A stretch of 64,000 nucleotides of DNA from Paracoccaceae bacterium (GTDB taxonomy: Bacteria > Pseudomonadota > Alphaproteobacteria > Rhodobacterales > Rhodobacteraceae), in the NCBI GenBank assembly GCA_964291635.2, contig OZ219900.1, positions 6,246 through 70,245 of the forward strand, given 5' to 3'. Below, piece after piece: positions 54,564-63,517 of the stretch. The notes beneath the pieces are model-generated. The model saw only the letters and a program-made list of their open reading frames with translations. It was not told where the DNA came from and did not search any database. Each line of letters starts with the position of its first letter. The stretch's first letter is position 1. A program made the translations under genes and the position numbers.

Positions 54564-55235
54564 TTGCTCTTTCTCGCTATTGTCGACGCGGCTATCCGCA
54601 AGTTGAAATTGGAACCTGGCTGGAACCCCAGGCGACTCCCGATGCCAGAAGCACGGGTGTTTCATTTCGGTGACGAGCGCTTGCCCGGATTGACGCGTGC
54701 ACCGATCCACCCCGGATGTCCGGAGATGCGTCCGGTCAAGCGGTTCGGATCGTGGGAACATCGCAACACTATTCCGGCGTTCGATCGGAGCGGGATGGTG
54801 TTCTCATGCGAACGCCGGCCTGGATTTCATCTGAAGGATACCAGCTTCATCGGACAATGCCGCCTTTTCGACCGGCTCGGCGACGAATTCGGCGAAACAC
54901 CGCCCGCCCTGGACAGCGATGATTTGCCCGAGGACCCCGGGCGCGTGGTCAAGGCGTGGTGCGATGCCGACGGCATTCCGGTCATTCCGGACGCGTTGCG
55001 GTGGGAGCCGGGAGCCCGGGACGAAGTGAGCCGGTGGGATGGCGGGTCATTCCACGAAAACCTGCGCAATTCGGACAGCCTCAAGCGGCAACCGAGCTCC
55101 AACATGGACATCGCCAAGGCGCCGGATCGGGCGAGGGAGATCTGCGAGACTGTTCTGCCTCACGACGAGCACCTCAGTGCTCACCGATTGACGGCGCCCG
55201 CCGCGAAGCCGGCGCAACGCGTCAAGCTTTCGTGA
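54564..55235 (+). CDS. hypothetical protein, possibly a truncated or decayed sulfotransferase-family-like protein
   Basis: The C-terminal half (FDRLGDEFGETPPALDSDDLPEDPGRVVKAWCDADGIPVIPDALRWEPGARDEVSRWDGGSFHENLRNS) resembles, from memory only, a conserved proteobacterial sulfotransferase-like family. The N-terminal half looks non-native. A related piece (VLMRTPAWISSEGY) sits in another frame (54716-54922). Confidence 0.3.
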   Translation: MLFLAIVDAAIRKLKLEPGWNPRRLPMPEARVFHFGDERLPGLTRAPIHPGCPEMRPVKRFGSWEHRNTIPAFDRSGMVFSCERRPGFHLKDTSFIGQCRLFDRLGDEFGETPPALDSDDLPEDPGRVVKAWCDADGIPVIPDALRWEPGARDEVSRWDGGSFHENLRNSDSLKRQPSSNMDIAKAPDRAREICETVLPHDEHLSAHRLTAPAAKPAQRVKLS

Positions 55236-55558
55236 ATCCTGGTCCGAAGCCGTGACGAGCGCATCCCCTGGCAGTCCGGAGGTTGTCCGGGCTTGTGTGG
55301 CGGCGTTGCCGGGCATGCTTGCGTTCCGTTGTCTCCTTGCAATGTGCATCGGGAGCGCGGTTCCCGGGTTCCGCCCACTTCGCTCGAAACCGCGGTCAAT
55401 CGCCCGGTCGACGCATGCCGGAGTATCGGTCGATTTCTTGCGCAATCGACGTACTTTCTTGCCGGGTGGCGGGGCGTGCATGAAGCTCAACCTTGCCCCG
55501 TCTTTCGCCTCAAACTAAACACCGTTTCCGAAACGAGTTTCCATGGGTACGTCCGAAC

Positions 55559-56800
55559 ATGCAGCCACCCCGAAAAGTCGTCCTCGCCTACTCGGGAGGA
55601 CTCGATACATCGATAATCGTGAAATGGTTGATGGTGACCTACGATTGCGAGGTTGTCACATTCACCGCTGATCTCGGCCAGGGCGAAGAGCTGGAACCGG
55701 CGCGCCGCAAGGCGGAATTGCTGGGCGTGCATCCCGACAACATCCACATCGAGGATCTACGCGAGGCATTCGTCAGAAACTTCGTGTTTCCGATGTTTCG
55801 CGCCAACGCGCTTTACGAAGGTCAGTACCTTTTGGGCACATCGATCGCACGGCCCCTGATCGCCCAGCGACTGATCGAAATCGCACGGGAAACGGGGGCA
55901 GATGCCATTGCGCACGGGGCCACCGGCAAAGGGAACGATCAGGTCCGTTTCGAACTTTCGGCCTATGCGCTTGACCCCGACATTCGCGTCGTTGCGCCCT
56001 GGCGGGAATGGGAACTGGAGAGCCGGTCACGGCTCATGGAATTTGCCCAGAAACACCAGATTCCGATCGCACGCGACCGTCAAGGCGAGGCGCCGTTCTC
56101 GGTCGACGCCAACCTTCTTCACACTTCTTCCGAAGGCAAGATCCTCGAAAATCCCGCGGAGGAGGCGCCCGCCCATGTCTACCAGCGGACAACGGACCCC
56201 GAACGGGCACCGGACACTCCGGAATTCGTCGAGATCAAGTTCCGCAGCGGCGACCCGGTAGCGGTTGACGGTGTCGACCTGTCGCCTGCGCGCCTGTTAT
56301 CGGTTCTGAACGATCTCGGAGGGCAGCACGGCGTCGGACGACTGGACCTCGTGGAAGACCGCTACGTCGGAATGAAGTCGCGGGGGATTTACGAGACACC
56401 CGGGGGAACGATCCTGCTCGATGCTCACCGTGGCATCGAGTCGATTACCCTCGACCGGGGCGCGCGGCACCTCAAGGACGAACTCATGCCCCGGTACGCG
56501 GAGCTGATCTACAACGGCTACTGGTTTTCTCCCGAGCGATCGATGTTGCAGGCGCTGATTGACGAGTCGCAGACACATGTTACCGGAACCGTTCGCCTGA
56601 AGCTGTTCAAGGGGTCGGTCACGACCGTCGGACGCAGGTCGAGCCATTCTCTCTATTCCGAGAAACACGTGACCTTTGAGGAAGATCATGGCGCCTACAA
56701 CCAGGGCGACGCCGCCGGTTTCATCCGGTTGAACGCGCTCCGGCTTCGCCTGCTTGCCGCGAGAAACATCCGGTCGAGACGCGACCCCGGCAAGGAGTAA
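55559..56800 (+). CDS. argG: argininosuccinate synthase
   Basis: [24 protein letters not shown]..., [15 protein letters not shown] and [17 protein letters not shown]. The track ORF opens at 55493. Confidence 0.95.
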   Translation: MQPPRKVVLAYSGGLDTSIIVKWLMVTYDCEVVTFTADLGQGEELEPARRKAELLGVHPDNIHIEDLREAFVRNFVFPMFRANALYEGQYLLGTSIARPLIAQRLIEIARETGADAIAHGATGKGNDQVRFELSAYALDPDIRVVAPWREWELESRSRLMEFAQKHQIPIARDRQGEAPFSVDANLLHTSSEGKILENPAEEAPAHVYQRTTDPERAPDTPEFVEIKFRSGDPVAVDGVDLSPARLLSVLNDLGGQHGVGRLDLVEDRYVGMKSRGIYETPGGTILLDAHRGIESITLDRGARHLKDELMPRYAELIYNGYWFSPERSMLQALIDESQTHVTGTVRLKLFKGSVTTVGRRSSHSLYSEKHVTFEEDHGAYNQGDAAGFIRLNALRLRLLAARNIRSRRDPGKE

Positions 56801-57295
56801 GCGCAAGTACCTCATGTATTTGGGCCAGTGTTCCGGGCAAGCGACGTCGGCAATGAGTTTGATCCGAACCCGGTGGAGATCCTTCAGAATTGCAAATGCG
56901 GTCACTCTCCTATCCCTGCGTTGTTTCTGGCAATTTCATCGCATCCCTCCCCAGTGCCGCTGCACTTCGATGCCGCGAACGGGCCTGGCCCGCACGTCAG
57001 CAAGGACAAGGGTCCCGATTCCTGCCTAATTCACGCCCAAGGCCGCCGACTCCGGGACGGGGCTCTTGCGATTCCAAAGGAAAATCGCACATCGAATCAG
57101 AAATTCGGTCAGGTAGACCGTTGCTGAGCCGTGGGCTGTATTGTCTTTTCCGAAAATGGTCGAATTGAAAAAGGCGGAAATCGGGCCGACGGTTGTTTTG
57201 TCGAATAAATCGCATGGACATTGTAGCGGCAGCCTTGCGGCAGCCGGGCCCGTGTAAAGACCGAGGCGGGCTGGACGAACACCAACGAGAAGACG

Positions 57296-57478
57296 GTGAA
57301 GGATCGGTTCTCGGACGCGTACGGTCCGAAAAGGTCGCAGCCTACGGCGCTGGCACTGCATTCCGACGGGGAGACGAAGACGTTCCTGGCCATGGCAGGG
57401 CACGAGGATCTGGCGGTGGCCATCACGTCCGTGCATGCAGAGGCTGCGATTGAGAAACTGCTGGACGCCGTGCATTAA
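57296..57478 (+). CDS. small hypothetical protein (possibly the 3' part of a frameshifted ~90-aa gene starting at ATG 57214)
   Basis: 60 codons from the GTG, with third-position GC of about 77% by my count, so it is strongly coding-like. The same frame is open and coding-like back to a TAG at about 57224. ATG 57214 (MDIVAAALRQPGP) is in a neighbouring frame across a GGGCCC run. Confidence 0.4.
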   Translation: MKDRFSDAYGPKRSQPTALALHSDGETKTFLAMAGHEDLAVAITSVHAEAAIEKLLDAVH

Positions 57479-57606
57479 CTTGGTGGCAACACCGATTTCC
57501 AAGACCGGAAACAACGGCCGTCATCTGCTAAAGGGCGATGAATCGATCTTGTTTTGTACGCAACTTTGCTTATATTGAATACGAATGTAACGAGAGGAGT
57601 TGCGTC

Positions 57607-57860
57607 GTGCCCCAGAAGACAACGATGACTGTTCGTCTTGGAGGCGCCTTAAGTGACTTTGTAGCGGCCAACGTAGGCAATGACGGCTCATACGAGAACG
57701 TCAGTGAATACATCCGTGACTTGATCCGGCGTGACAAGGACGGGCTGAAGCGGCAGCCTTCGAACGGCTGAAGGCCGAACTGACCCTTGCTTTCGCGGCG
57801 CCGGAGGAGTCGTATCGACCGCTCGCCGCGACCGAGGTGATTGCGCGGAACCGAGTCTGA
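57607..57860 (+). pseudogene. parD: ParD-type (RHH, PF03693-like) antitoxin, frameshifted
   Basis: GAGAGGAG then GTG 57607 gives VPQKTTMTVRLGGALSDFVAANVGNDGSYENVSEYIRDLIRRDKD. The frame then ends at TGA 57769-57771. A different frame opens at 57735 and reads RAEAAAFERLKAELTLAFAAPEESYRPLAATEVIARNRV*, stopping at 57858-57860, 4 nt before parE. The shift lies between 57735 and 57769. Confidence 0.65.
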
Positions 57861-57864
57861 ACTC

Positions 57865-58185
57865 GTGACCACCGTTCGTGTCCAACAACGGGCGGCCCAT
57901 CGCCTCGATGAAATCTTTCGCTATACACGCGACAGGTGGGGCGACGACCAGGCCGAGGAATATATCAATGGCCTGTTCGCCTCCTTCGACAAGATTGCGA
58001 CCCATGGCGTCGCATCAAGACCCATTCCTGCCGAATTCGGCGTCGAGGGCTTCTTCTTTCGCCATGAGCGCCATTTCGTCTATTGGCGCCATCTCTTGAG
58101 TGGCGATTTCGGGATCGTGACAATCCTGCACGAGCGTATGCATCAGATCGACCGCTTTCGGGATGACTTCGGGATTGGCCGATAA
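57865..58185 (+). CDS. parE: ParE/RelE-family toxin
   Basis: VTTVRVQQRAAHRLDEIFRYTRDRWGDDQAEEYINGLFASFDKIA...FFFRHERHFVYWRHLLSGDFGIVTILHERM is the classic ParE pattern. The ORF appears intact. Confidence 0.85.
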   Translation: MTTVRVQQRAAHRLDEIFRYTRDRWGDDQAEEYINGLFASFDKIATHGVASRPIPAEFGVEGFFFRHERHFVYWRHLLSGDFGIVTILHERMHQIDRFRDDFGIGR

Positions 58186-58794
58186 GCCAAGATTCCAAAG
58201 GTCGTCAGATTTGCACCGGGATTGCACTTGTCGAGCATGATGCAACGGAAATAGCCGAGCGGAGCCCGCGAACCCCTGTCAAAATTCGCACCATACTGAT
58301 TCGGCGAATCCTTCATCCGCGTCCGGAACCGCACCGTCGCCCTGGCCGTCAGCCGAGCAGATTTGCCCGCTCGGAATCCCGCCCTCGCCGTTCACCATCA
58401 AGGCGCAGGCACCGCGCCGAATCCGGTCGCGCATGACCGAGGAGATGCAGAAGCTCGAGAGTTTTTCCCGTGCCTTCGTCCAGAAATCCGAAAGCGGAGA
58501 ATCCGTTCTGTGTGCCGACTCACGATCGGCCGCACGCCACTCGGCAGTTTCCAACGACGGCGAAACACCTGGCCTGTCCATCCGGTGACCAAAACAAGAT
58601 CTGGTTTCAAGCGAGGACATGCCGGCGCGTGGCCGGTTCAGAACCAGCAGGGCGAAAAGCCCCGGTCCAGGCGTTTCGCAGATCAAGCTGGCGTCACGCA
58701 CTCGTGACGGCCTGCGCGCCGACGGGCAATTGTTTTTCCATCTTGAAGACGGCATAGGCCGATCAACGATATGCTTGTTTTGGGAGACGACACC

Positions 58795-59472
58795 ATGTTC
58801 ACCGTTCAACCTGCTCGATTGCGCGCACTTTGCCTCGGTCTTGGAATGGCGGCGGTCGCTGTTTCGTCCCCCGTCGTTTCCTTCGCGGAACGGCTCGAGA
58901 CCGCTCTTCTTGCCGGCGGGTGCTTCTGGTGCGTCGAATCTGATTACGAATCGGTTCCCGGTGTCGTGTCGGCGGTGTCCGGATTCGCCGGCGGACAGGT
59001 CGAGAACCCGACATACAAGCAGGTCGTGAAAGGCGGAACCGGCCACTACGAAGTCGTCGAAATCACGTATGACGCGGACAGGATTTCGTACGATACAATC
59101 CTCGACATTTTCTGGCGCAGCGTCGATCCCACTGACGCGGGCGGACAGTTCTGCGATCGTGGAGACAGTTACCGGACCGCGATCTTCGCGTTGACCGATG
59201 AACAGAGGAACATCGCCGAAGCGTCAAAGCAATCCGTGGAAGAGAGCGGCCGACTGCCGGCACCCGTCGTCACACCGATTCTTGCCGCGGCCGAGTTTTA
59301 TCCTGCCGAGGACTATCACCAGGACTATTACAAGAGCCCGGCAAAGGTCATCACGAGATTCGGCATTGTCTCGAAGGCGAATGCCTACAAGCGTTACCGG
59401 AAAGCATGCGGACGGGACACACGGGTTCGCGAACTGTGGGGAGGCGACGCATTCATCGATGCAGGCGTGTAA
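58795..59472 (+). CDS. msrA: peptide-methionine (S)-S-oxide reductase, exported form
   Basis: Signal-like [31 protein letters not shown] followed by the GGCFWCVE active site, [11 protein letters not shown] and DYHQDYY. Confidence 0.92.
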   Translation: MFTVQPARLRALCLGLGMAAVAVSSPVVSFAERLETALLAGGCFWCVESDYESVPGVVSAVSGFAGGQVENPTYKQVVKGGTGHYEVVEITYDADRISYDTILDIFWRSVDPTDAGGQFCDRGDSYRTAIFALTDEQRNIAEASKQSVEESGRLPAPVVTPILAAAEFYPAEDYHQDYYKSPAKVITRFGIVSKANAYKRYRKACGRDTRVRELWGGDAFIDAGV

Positions 59473-59556
59473 GTCAATCGCCCGTGGAAGCCGGCGCGTT
59501 GTCGGAGCATGGGCATGGCTCGGCACGCTGCCCGGCAGCGAATGGACCTGGCAGAC

Positions 59557-59835
59557 CTAAACGAGATTGTTCACAATGATCACGCGCAACGCGTAAATTC
59601 CGACAAATACCACCAGCGGCGTAAAATCGATTGTTCCGGTTCTCGGCATGTATTGTCGAATTGGCCTGAAAACCGGCTCCAACAGTCCATTCAGACCGTA
59701 CCAGAACTGTGCGACCAATGGCTGGCGCAGGTTGAGGACTTGAAAGCCGATCAGCCAACTCATGATGATGTGAACGATCAGGACGAACCACGCGACGTCA
59801 AGAACGAACAGCAAAATTTGAGCCAGGGAACCCAT
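59557..59835 (-). CDS. yggT: YggT family membrane protein
   Basis: 92 aa. ...IIMSWL...LEPVFRPIRQYMPRTGTIDFTPLVVFV... is typical of YggT. Confidence 0.85.
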   Translation of the reverse strand: MGSLAQILLFVLDVAWFVLIVHIIMSWLIGFQVLNLRQPLVAQFWYGLNGLLEPVFRPIRQYMPRTGTIDFTPLVVFVGIYALRVIIVNNLV

Positions 59836-60237
59836 GCGATCTCAGCGAATCCTGTCAAGTTGCGCGTTTGGGGGCGCATTTTGCGTCTGCATCTAAGCGA
59901 GATATAGCATTGACGGCACCGAACTCAAGGCATCCCGTTCAGGGATTCCCCGACCGTTCGCCACCAATCCTGTCCGGTTTTTCTGTTTCTCTGGCGATTC
60001 CGTGCCCCTGACTACCGTCTCCTGAAGGCTGGATTCGACCCGGAAGCGTGTCTCGCCCTGTTCCCATCGCGTGTTGCATCTCGTTATCGCGGCAGGCATT
60101 ATCGAGGTGTCTTCGTTCGACAAGGACGGCATGCCTTCAGCAAGTTCATTTTGCCAAGCGTGTATTCGGTTTCGACACCGCATCGGCATTGTTCTCCGAA
60201 TTGACCGTGTCAGGGCGGTGGCAAGGGGATTGCGATC

Positions 60238-61572
60238 GTGACCGAGACCATGAACTGGAAATCCGCCTGGAGCTGGATGTTCTACGACTGGGCCGCCCAG
60301 CCGTACCATACCTTGCTCGTCACTTTCATCTTTGCACCATACCTGACATCGGCAGTCGTTGGCGACCCTGTACAGGGGCAGGTCATCTGGGGATATACCG
60401 TCGCCATCGCCGGAATCCTGGTGGCGGTTTCCGCACCGGTCCTCGGTTCCATCGTGGATGCCGTCGGCCCCCGCAAACCCTGGGTCGCACTGTTTTCACT
60501 GTTCCACGTTCTCGGCGCGTTTGCGCTCTGGTGGGCGACCCCGGGGATGGACGAGGTCCTTCTCATTCTCGCAGCCTTCGCCATCGGACTGGTTGGTGCC
60601 GAGTTTACCCAGATCTACACGAATTCGATGCTCCCCGATATCGTGCCCCGCCGGCAAATTGGCCTGATTTCAGGATGGGGCTGGGCGATCGGTTATGGCG
60701 GCGGACTGCTTTCGCTCGTGCTGACCCTGCTGCTCCTGGCTGAAAACACCGATGGCGTGACGCTTCTTGGCATTCCACCAATCCTCGGACTCGATCCATT
60801 CGTGCGGGAGGGTACGCGATCGGTCGGCCCGCTGACCGCGTTTTGGTACGTCCTGTTCATGATTCCGTTTTTTGCCTTCGTGCCTGACACTGGACGCAGG
60901 ATGGAAGTCGGAAATGCCTTGCGCGATGGACTCGACAGCCTGGTTAACACAATCCGCAGGTTGCCCGAACGCGTGAGCTACACCTGTTTCCTGGGCGCAT
61001 CCATGTTCTACCGGGACGCCCTTGTCGGCATCTACAGTTTCGGCGGTATCTACGCGGCCGGGGTTCTGGGCTGGTCGATCATCCAGATCGGAACCTTCGG
61101 CATTCTCGGAACACTTGCCGGATTCGCCTTCTGTTTCCTCGGTGGATTTGCCGACAGGAAGTTCGGACCCAAACCGGTTATCGTCACCTGCGTCCTCGTG
61201 CTCATAGTCGTCTGCTCGATAATTGTCGGAACGTCACGCACACACGTGTTCGGGGTTGCGGTTTTGCCCGGGTCCAGTGCACCCGATATAGCCTTCATGA
61301 TTTGCGGTGGAATCCTGGGGGCAGCCGGCGGCATCCTCCAAGCCGCTTCACGCACATTGCTTGTTCACCAGACTGAACCGGGAAAAGTCACTGAGTCCTT
61401 CGGGCTTTATGCCCTGGCGGGAAAGGCGACCGCGTTCATTGCTCCGTTCTCGGTCGCTGCATTTACAGACTTCACCGGCAGCCAGAGACTCGGTGTGATC
61501 CCGATCATCGTCCTGTTCCTGTTTGGCCTGGCCCTGCTCGTCCGGGTCAAACCCGGAGACGCGCATGCTTGA
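60238..61572 (+). CDS. MFS transporter, UMF1 (Atg22-like) family
   Basis: 444 aa. WSWMFYDWAAQPYHTLLVTFIFAPY is the conserved UMF1 N-terminus. There are 12 hydrophobic segments. Confidence 0.85.
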   Translation: MTETMNWKSAWSWMFYDWAAQPYHTLLVTFIFAPYLTSAVVGDPVQGQVIWGYTVAIAGILVAVSAPVLGSIVDAVGPRKPWVALFSLFHVLGAFALWWATPGMDEVLLILAAFAIGLVGAEFTQIYTNSMLPDIVPRRQIGLISGWGWAIGYGGGLLSLVLTLLLLAENTDGVTLLGIPPILGLDPFVREGTRSVGPLTAFWYVLFMIPFFAFVPDTGRRMEVGNALRDGLDSLVNTIRRLPERVSYTCFLGASMFYRDALVGIYSFGGIYAAGVLGWSIIQIGTFGILGTLAGFAFCFLGGFADRKFGPKPVIVTCVLVLIVVCSIIVGTSRTHVFGVAVLPGSSAPDIAFMICGGILGAAGGILQAASRTLLVHQTEPGKVTESFGLYALAGKATAFIAPFSVAAFTDFTGSQRLGVIPIIVLFLFGLALLVRVKPGDAHA

Positions 61573-62614
61573 ACTGAAGACTGGCATAAGAATCGCCGCG
61601 GCAGCCATCCTGATTTCGGCAGTCTCACTGCAGTCCGATTGCCTGGCTCAGACATCGGGGGACGAAATCGCCGCTCAGGACCCGCCCGGACCCAAGGCCG
61701 CGGCGCTTTTCGGATCCAAGTGGTGGGGATCCCGACAGGTCCCGTCTCCCATCGGCTCATACAGTCTCGGTTGCCTCGCGGGTGGCGGCGAACTCCCTGA
61801 AACCGGACCGACCTGGCAAGCCATGAGGTTGTCGAGAAATCGCAACTGGGGCCATCACTCGACCGTCGCGTTCGTCAAGGAACTCAGCGAGAAGGTCGCG
61901 ACATTCGATGGTTGGAAGGGCCTTTATGTTGGAGACATCGGGAATCCGCGCGGCGGGCCCATGATGTCCGACCATCGCTCGCACCAGGTCGGACTCGATG
62001 TCGATATCTGGCTGTTCCCCCCTGACAGGCTGGACCTGACGGTCGAGGAACGCGAAACCCTGTCCGCAATCTCCGTCCGCTCGCAGGACCTTCGAAGTGT
62101 CAACGACTTCTGGCGGCCCACGCACATGGACGTCCTGAGAACAGCTGCCGAGGACCCGAGGGTCGACAGGATTTTCATCACCGCACCCGCAAAGATCTGG
62201 ATGTGCGCGCGCGCCGGCGATGACCGGGACTGGTTGCAGAAGATCCGCCCTTACTGGGGTCACCACTACCATTTCCATGTACGCCTGAAATGCCCGGCTG
62301 ACGCACCGGATTGCGTTACGCAGAAGCCAAGCGTAGCGTGGTTGTCCAATGGTGGAGACGGATGCGATGAAACCCTCGACTGGTGGATAACAGACGCATT
62401 GAAGCCACCTGACCCCGATGCGCCCGAACCCCCGAAGGTACGTGGACCCAGGGATTTCGTGATGGCTGAGTTGCCGGCTTCATGCCAGGCCGTGCTCGAC
62501 GCCCCGGGAGTGGGTCCTGGCGAAGTCGAATCGCTTGATCCCAGGCGCCCCCCGCCGCGTCCATGGCTGAGGCGTTCAGTCGAGCATACCGCTCTTCACG
62601 AGCCCGGCTTGTGA
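61565..62614 (+). CDS. mepA: penicillin-insensitive murein endopeptidase
   Basis: Signal peptide MLELKTGIRIAAAAILISAVSLQSDCLAQ, then GSYSLGCLAGG, NRNWGHH, GGPMMSDHRSHQVGLDVDIW and WGHHYHFHVRLKCP. The C-terminal ~35 aa look like a non-conserved extension. Confidence 0.88.
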   Translation: MLELKTGIRIAAAAILISAVSLQSDCLAQTSGDEIAAQDPPGPKAAALFGSKWWGSRQVPSPIGSYSLGCLAGGGELPETGPTWQAMRLSRNRNWGHHSTVAFVKELSEKVATFDGWKGLYVGDIGNPRGGPMMSDHRSHQVGLDVDIWLFPPDRLDLTVEERETLSAISVRSQDLRSVNDFWRPTHMDVLRTAAEDPRVDRIFITAPAKIWMCARAGDDRDWLQKIRPYWGHHYHFHVRLKCPADAPDCVTQKPSVAWLSNGGDGCDETLDWWITDALKPPDPDAPEPPKVRGPRDFVMAELPASCQAVLDAPGVGPGEVESLDPRRPPPRPWLRRSVEHTALHEPGL

Positions 62615-62896
62615 GATCGAACGGCATCCCGAGAAAATAGGCGTGTCCTTCGTCACCCGCCGGAAGGTCCTCGAATTCACCCATTGAAACATACTCTTCG
62701 GCGTCGCTCCAATCTCCCGCGCATCCCTGCCGCGGGCGCGAGCATGGTGCTCGAGAGCAGAATCAAACTCAGCGGTTTCCTTTGGAGTCTTCGTGGTCCG
62801 GAACGCGTTCAGTGACTGGAGACCCGGAAATCCTTCCAGGAAGGCAATTCGCCCGTTGAGCCGGCCTGCGTGCCTCATTGCCTCGTCGCGGTCCAC
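62576..62896 (-). CDS. hypothetical protein (weak call)
   Basis: 106-codon ORF with third-position GC of about 69% by my count. I recognise no family. Neighbouring minus-strand frames (62684 and 63237 ORFs) carry protein-like fragments, so this may be one piece of a decayed gene. Confidence 0.25.
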   Translation of the reverse strand: MDRDEAMRHAGRLNGRIAFLEGFPGLQSLNAFRTTKTPKETAEFDSALEHHARARGRDAREIGATPKSMFQWVNSRTFRRVTKDTPIFSGCRSISQAGLVKSGMLD

Positions 62897-63271
62897 CGGA
62901 CTCCGTGCCGAAATCCCCTTCCCCCGGTCGTGCCGGAGACGGGAACGTAGCCGGAATTGAAGAACCAGAGTCGGTTAGGCCGTGACTGGCCACGTCCTGT
63001 CGAGATCCGGTCAAAAACGTTGCTTCCCGCTTTCCTCGAAGCTACGTGCCACACCCGATTCGCGACTCGAAACGAAGTACCATTTTGAAATTTACGAAAG
63101 GCTATCCGAAACGATCGAGAGTTCCGGGTCAGGGTTAGCGACGGACTGAACCCTGCGACCGGTTGGCGCACGGCGGAAGATCTTTCCCTGTTCGCGTTCA
63201 AACATCCACCAGGAATCTGGAACGGAAGCAGCGGCATAGCTGGTCCCTGTCTTTCCCGTTACAGTCCCGGC

Positions 63272-63517
63272 TCAACCACCCTTGATCCGTTGCAGGAGAA
63301 CAACTTCGCTATCCGCCCTGACCGGCTCCCAAAGCGCGTTCGTGATGATTCGCCCGTCGACCGCTACCGACACCCCGGCATCCAGGTGGGGCTTGAGGGC
63401 CGGATAGGCGACTTCGAGGCCTTCAAGAACCCCGCCAACCGTGTTCGCCTCAACCGAAACTGTGTCGTTGCCGTCAGCAAACGGCTTCAGGCTCCCCCAA
63501 AGTACGACATCAACCAC
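63272..63517 (-). CDS. MoaD/ThiS-family ubiquitin-like sulfur-carrier-type protein
   Basis: 81 aa from GTG 63517: MVDVVLWGSLKPFADGNDTVSVEANTVGGVLEGLEVAYPALKPHL...DSEVVLLQRIKGG*. It has the diagnostic C-terminal Gly-Gly and the family length. The start overlaps the stop of the upstream gene by 8 nt. The track ORF opens at 63697. Confidence 0.75.
   Translation of the reverse strand: MVDVVLWGSLKPFADGNDTVSVEANTVGGVLEGLEVAYPALKPHLDAGVSVAVDGRIITNALWEPVRADSEVVLLQRIKGG

Noticed and set aside
58186-58794. Possible gene between parE and msrA: minus-strand ORF 58279-59046 (255 aa), or a plus-strand ~50-codon ORF (MTEEMQKLESFSRAFVQK..., about 58430-58585).
   Set aside because: The long minus ORF runs antisense into msrA. 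The codon-position GC signal of about 65% is shared by one plus and one minus frame, so it cannot discriminate between them. I recognise no family signature and left the region unannotated.
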